Shown in pieces: positions 62,727 to 64,000 of a stretch of DNA of 64,000 nucleotides (position 1 is the first letter of the stretch; every line of letters begins with the position of its first letter). The position numbers and the translations under genes were made by a program. The notes beneath the pieces were generated by a model. The model searched no databases and was not told the origin of the DNA. It saw only the letters and a program-made list of their open reading frames with translations. The stretch covers positions 22,506,001 to 22,570,000 of the forward strand of contig JBHGNT010000007.1 of assembly GCA_043228905.1 (NCBI GenBank), given 5' to 3'. Source of the stretch: Azolla caroliniana (Eukaryota > Plantae > Polypodiophyta).

Positions 62727-63082
62727 ACTGTCACGGATCATAAGCTCAAGAGACAAGCAAGAAGATAACCAAATGGACAAGAAAGAAGATAGTATTAAAG
62801 GAAAGACTCCATAACTAGTGTTGTTCACCTTGAATTCCTTCAAGGTGAACTCCTCTATTTATACTACATGGCATGCATACTTGTTGCACGCATGTGAATC
62901 TACAATAGAGCATGTAGGTATGCATGCATGTGCCAAGTGTAAATACTACAAGGGAGCAACTATGCACATGATGCTAGCAAAATAATAAAGACCAATTACA
63001 TACATAACTATGTACTAGATATCTTGGTTAACTCATAATACTAGATTATAACATGGTCGTGTCAAGAGTTCGAATCTTGACA

Positions 63083-64000
63083 TATCCATAGATTGAGTTC
63101 CCTTATTCTTAGGGCCCAAACATTGAAGTGAAACCTCTTTATAACCTGCTCTAGATGATGTTCCTTCATCCATAACAACCACCATATCTGACACACCAAC
63201 ATCTTTCCCAACTCCTTCCTTACCATTCCCTTCATTAGTGATGAGAGAGAGATGGTAGAAACGAGAGATAAATAAGATATATAGATCCAAAACAACAGAA
63301 ATCTATTCATAATGAATAATCATGATGGAAGGAAGATAGAAAGAAGCTACATAAATCCAAGTCTACAAAGATATATGGATAACAACACAATCACACTACA
63401 TGAATAAGCAAGAAAAACACCACAACAAGTAGACTCCTCCACCACCTTACTCTTCTTGCTTTATATAAAGTTCTCTTCCACTAGATAAGTTTCCCTTGCT
63501 TTCTTTTTTTTTATTTTTTTAGAGTTTTTCATCGAGTCCTATTCTTATCTATGACACTGCAATCTTCAAATCGTCATATCTCCCTCGCCCGAGCTCCAAA
63601 TTTAGAGCTTTAAAAAGCTATGGATAGCTCTCTTCACAAGCGTTCTAACCCATATTTGCACATTATATTTTTCCTCCAAAAGAATGAGTTATGAGCATTC
63701 GTTGTAGACTGTGTTTTGGTGGCCCGCGTTTTTCTTCTTTTACTTTTCTCCATCTTTCTTGCTTTTAGTTTGACTTATCCTTGAGACCTTGGTTCGTGAT
63801 CTTGCCCTCCAGATGTGAACGCACCATACCTTATATTCTTGTAGACTTCAATTCCTTGAATTCTAAAAACACTTTCACAATTAAGAACCTCTATAGTTGA
63901 AGGACAATGACGATGGCATTCCGTCATAAAGTGACCCCATTCACCACATCCAAAATAGTGACCTGCAAATGTCTCCCACTTCAATTTAATACAAAGTCTT
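63083..64000 (-). mobile_element. L1-like LINE ORF1 segment, interrupted at about 63239-63773 by an LTR-like fragment
   Basis: Zinc-knuckle-like YFGCGEWGHFMTEC (63775-63984); 63083-63238 continues into 50478 across the TSD; the insert begins TGATG and has no clear TSD. Confidence 0.65.

Larger units (their letters stand above)
50479..63082 (-). mobile_element. Tcn1-like chromoviral Ty3/Gypsy element inserted in LINE ORF1
   Basis: 354-bp LTRs 50479-50832 and 62729-63082 (3 visible mismatches); TSD TATCC; PPT at 50833-50846; gag (PEKFDG, CCHC), PR, RT (YLDD), RNase H, IN and chromodomain (EYEVDQIL..YLVLWRGY..TWEP); frameshifted. Confidence 0.95.

Overview
Eukaryotic nuclear DNA from a land plant, probably a seed-free plant such as a fern (inferred from a long PLS-type PPR gene and a Tcn1-like chromovirus). 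The left half (1-31 kb) holds two intact intronless CYP86-clan cytochrome P450 genes, a P450 pseudogene plus a copied fragment of it, a PLS-class PPR gene, and a spliced gene the ORF track misses that resembles the meiotic DSB-formation protein DFO. That gene is preceded by an 11-unit tandem array whose units carry ATG plus splice-donor cassettes. The right half (31-64 kb) is a nest of retroelements. An L1-like LINE is split by a Copia element and a Tcn1-like Gypsy, each carrying further insertions, and a separate degenerate Gypsy also hosts inserts. The youngest element (51619-58936, one visible LTR mismatch, intact ORFs) has a tRNA-Trp primer site and a GGAUUUU-UAG -1 frameshift cassette between Gag-protease and RT. 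It shares LTR termini with two solo LTRs, and all three insertions have CG-centred 4-bp target duplications. All calls were made by eye; protein similarities are recalled, not searched.
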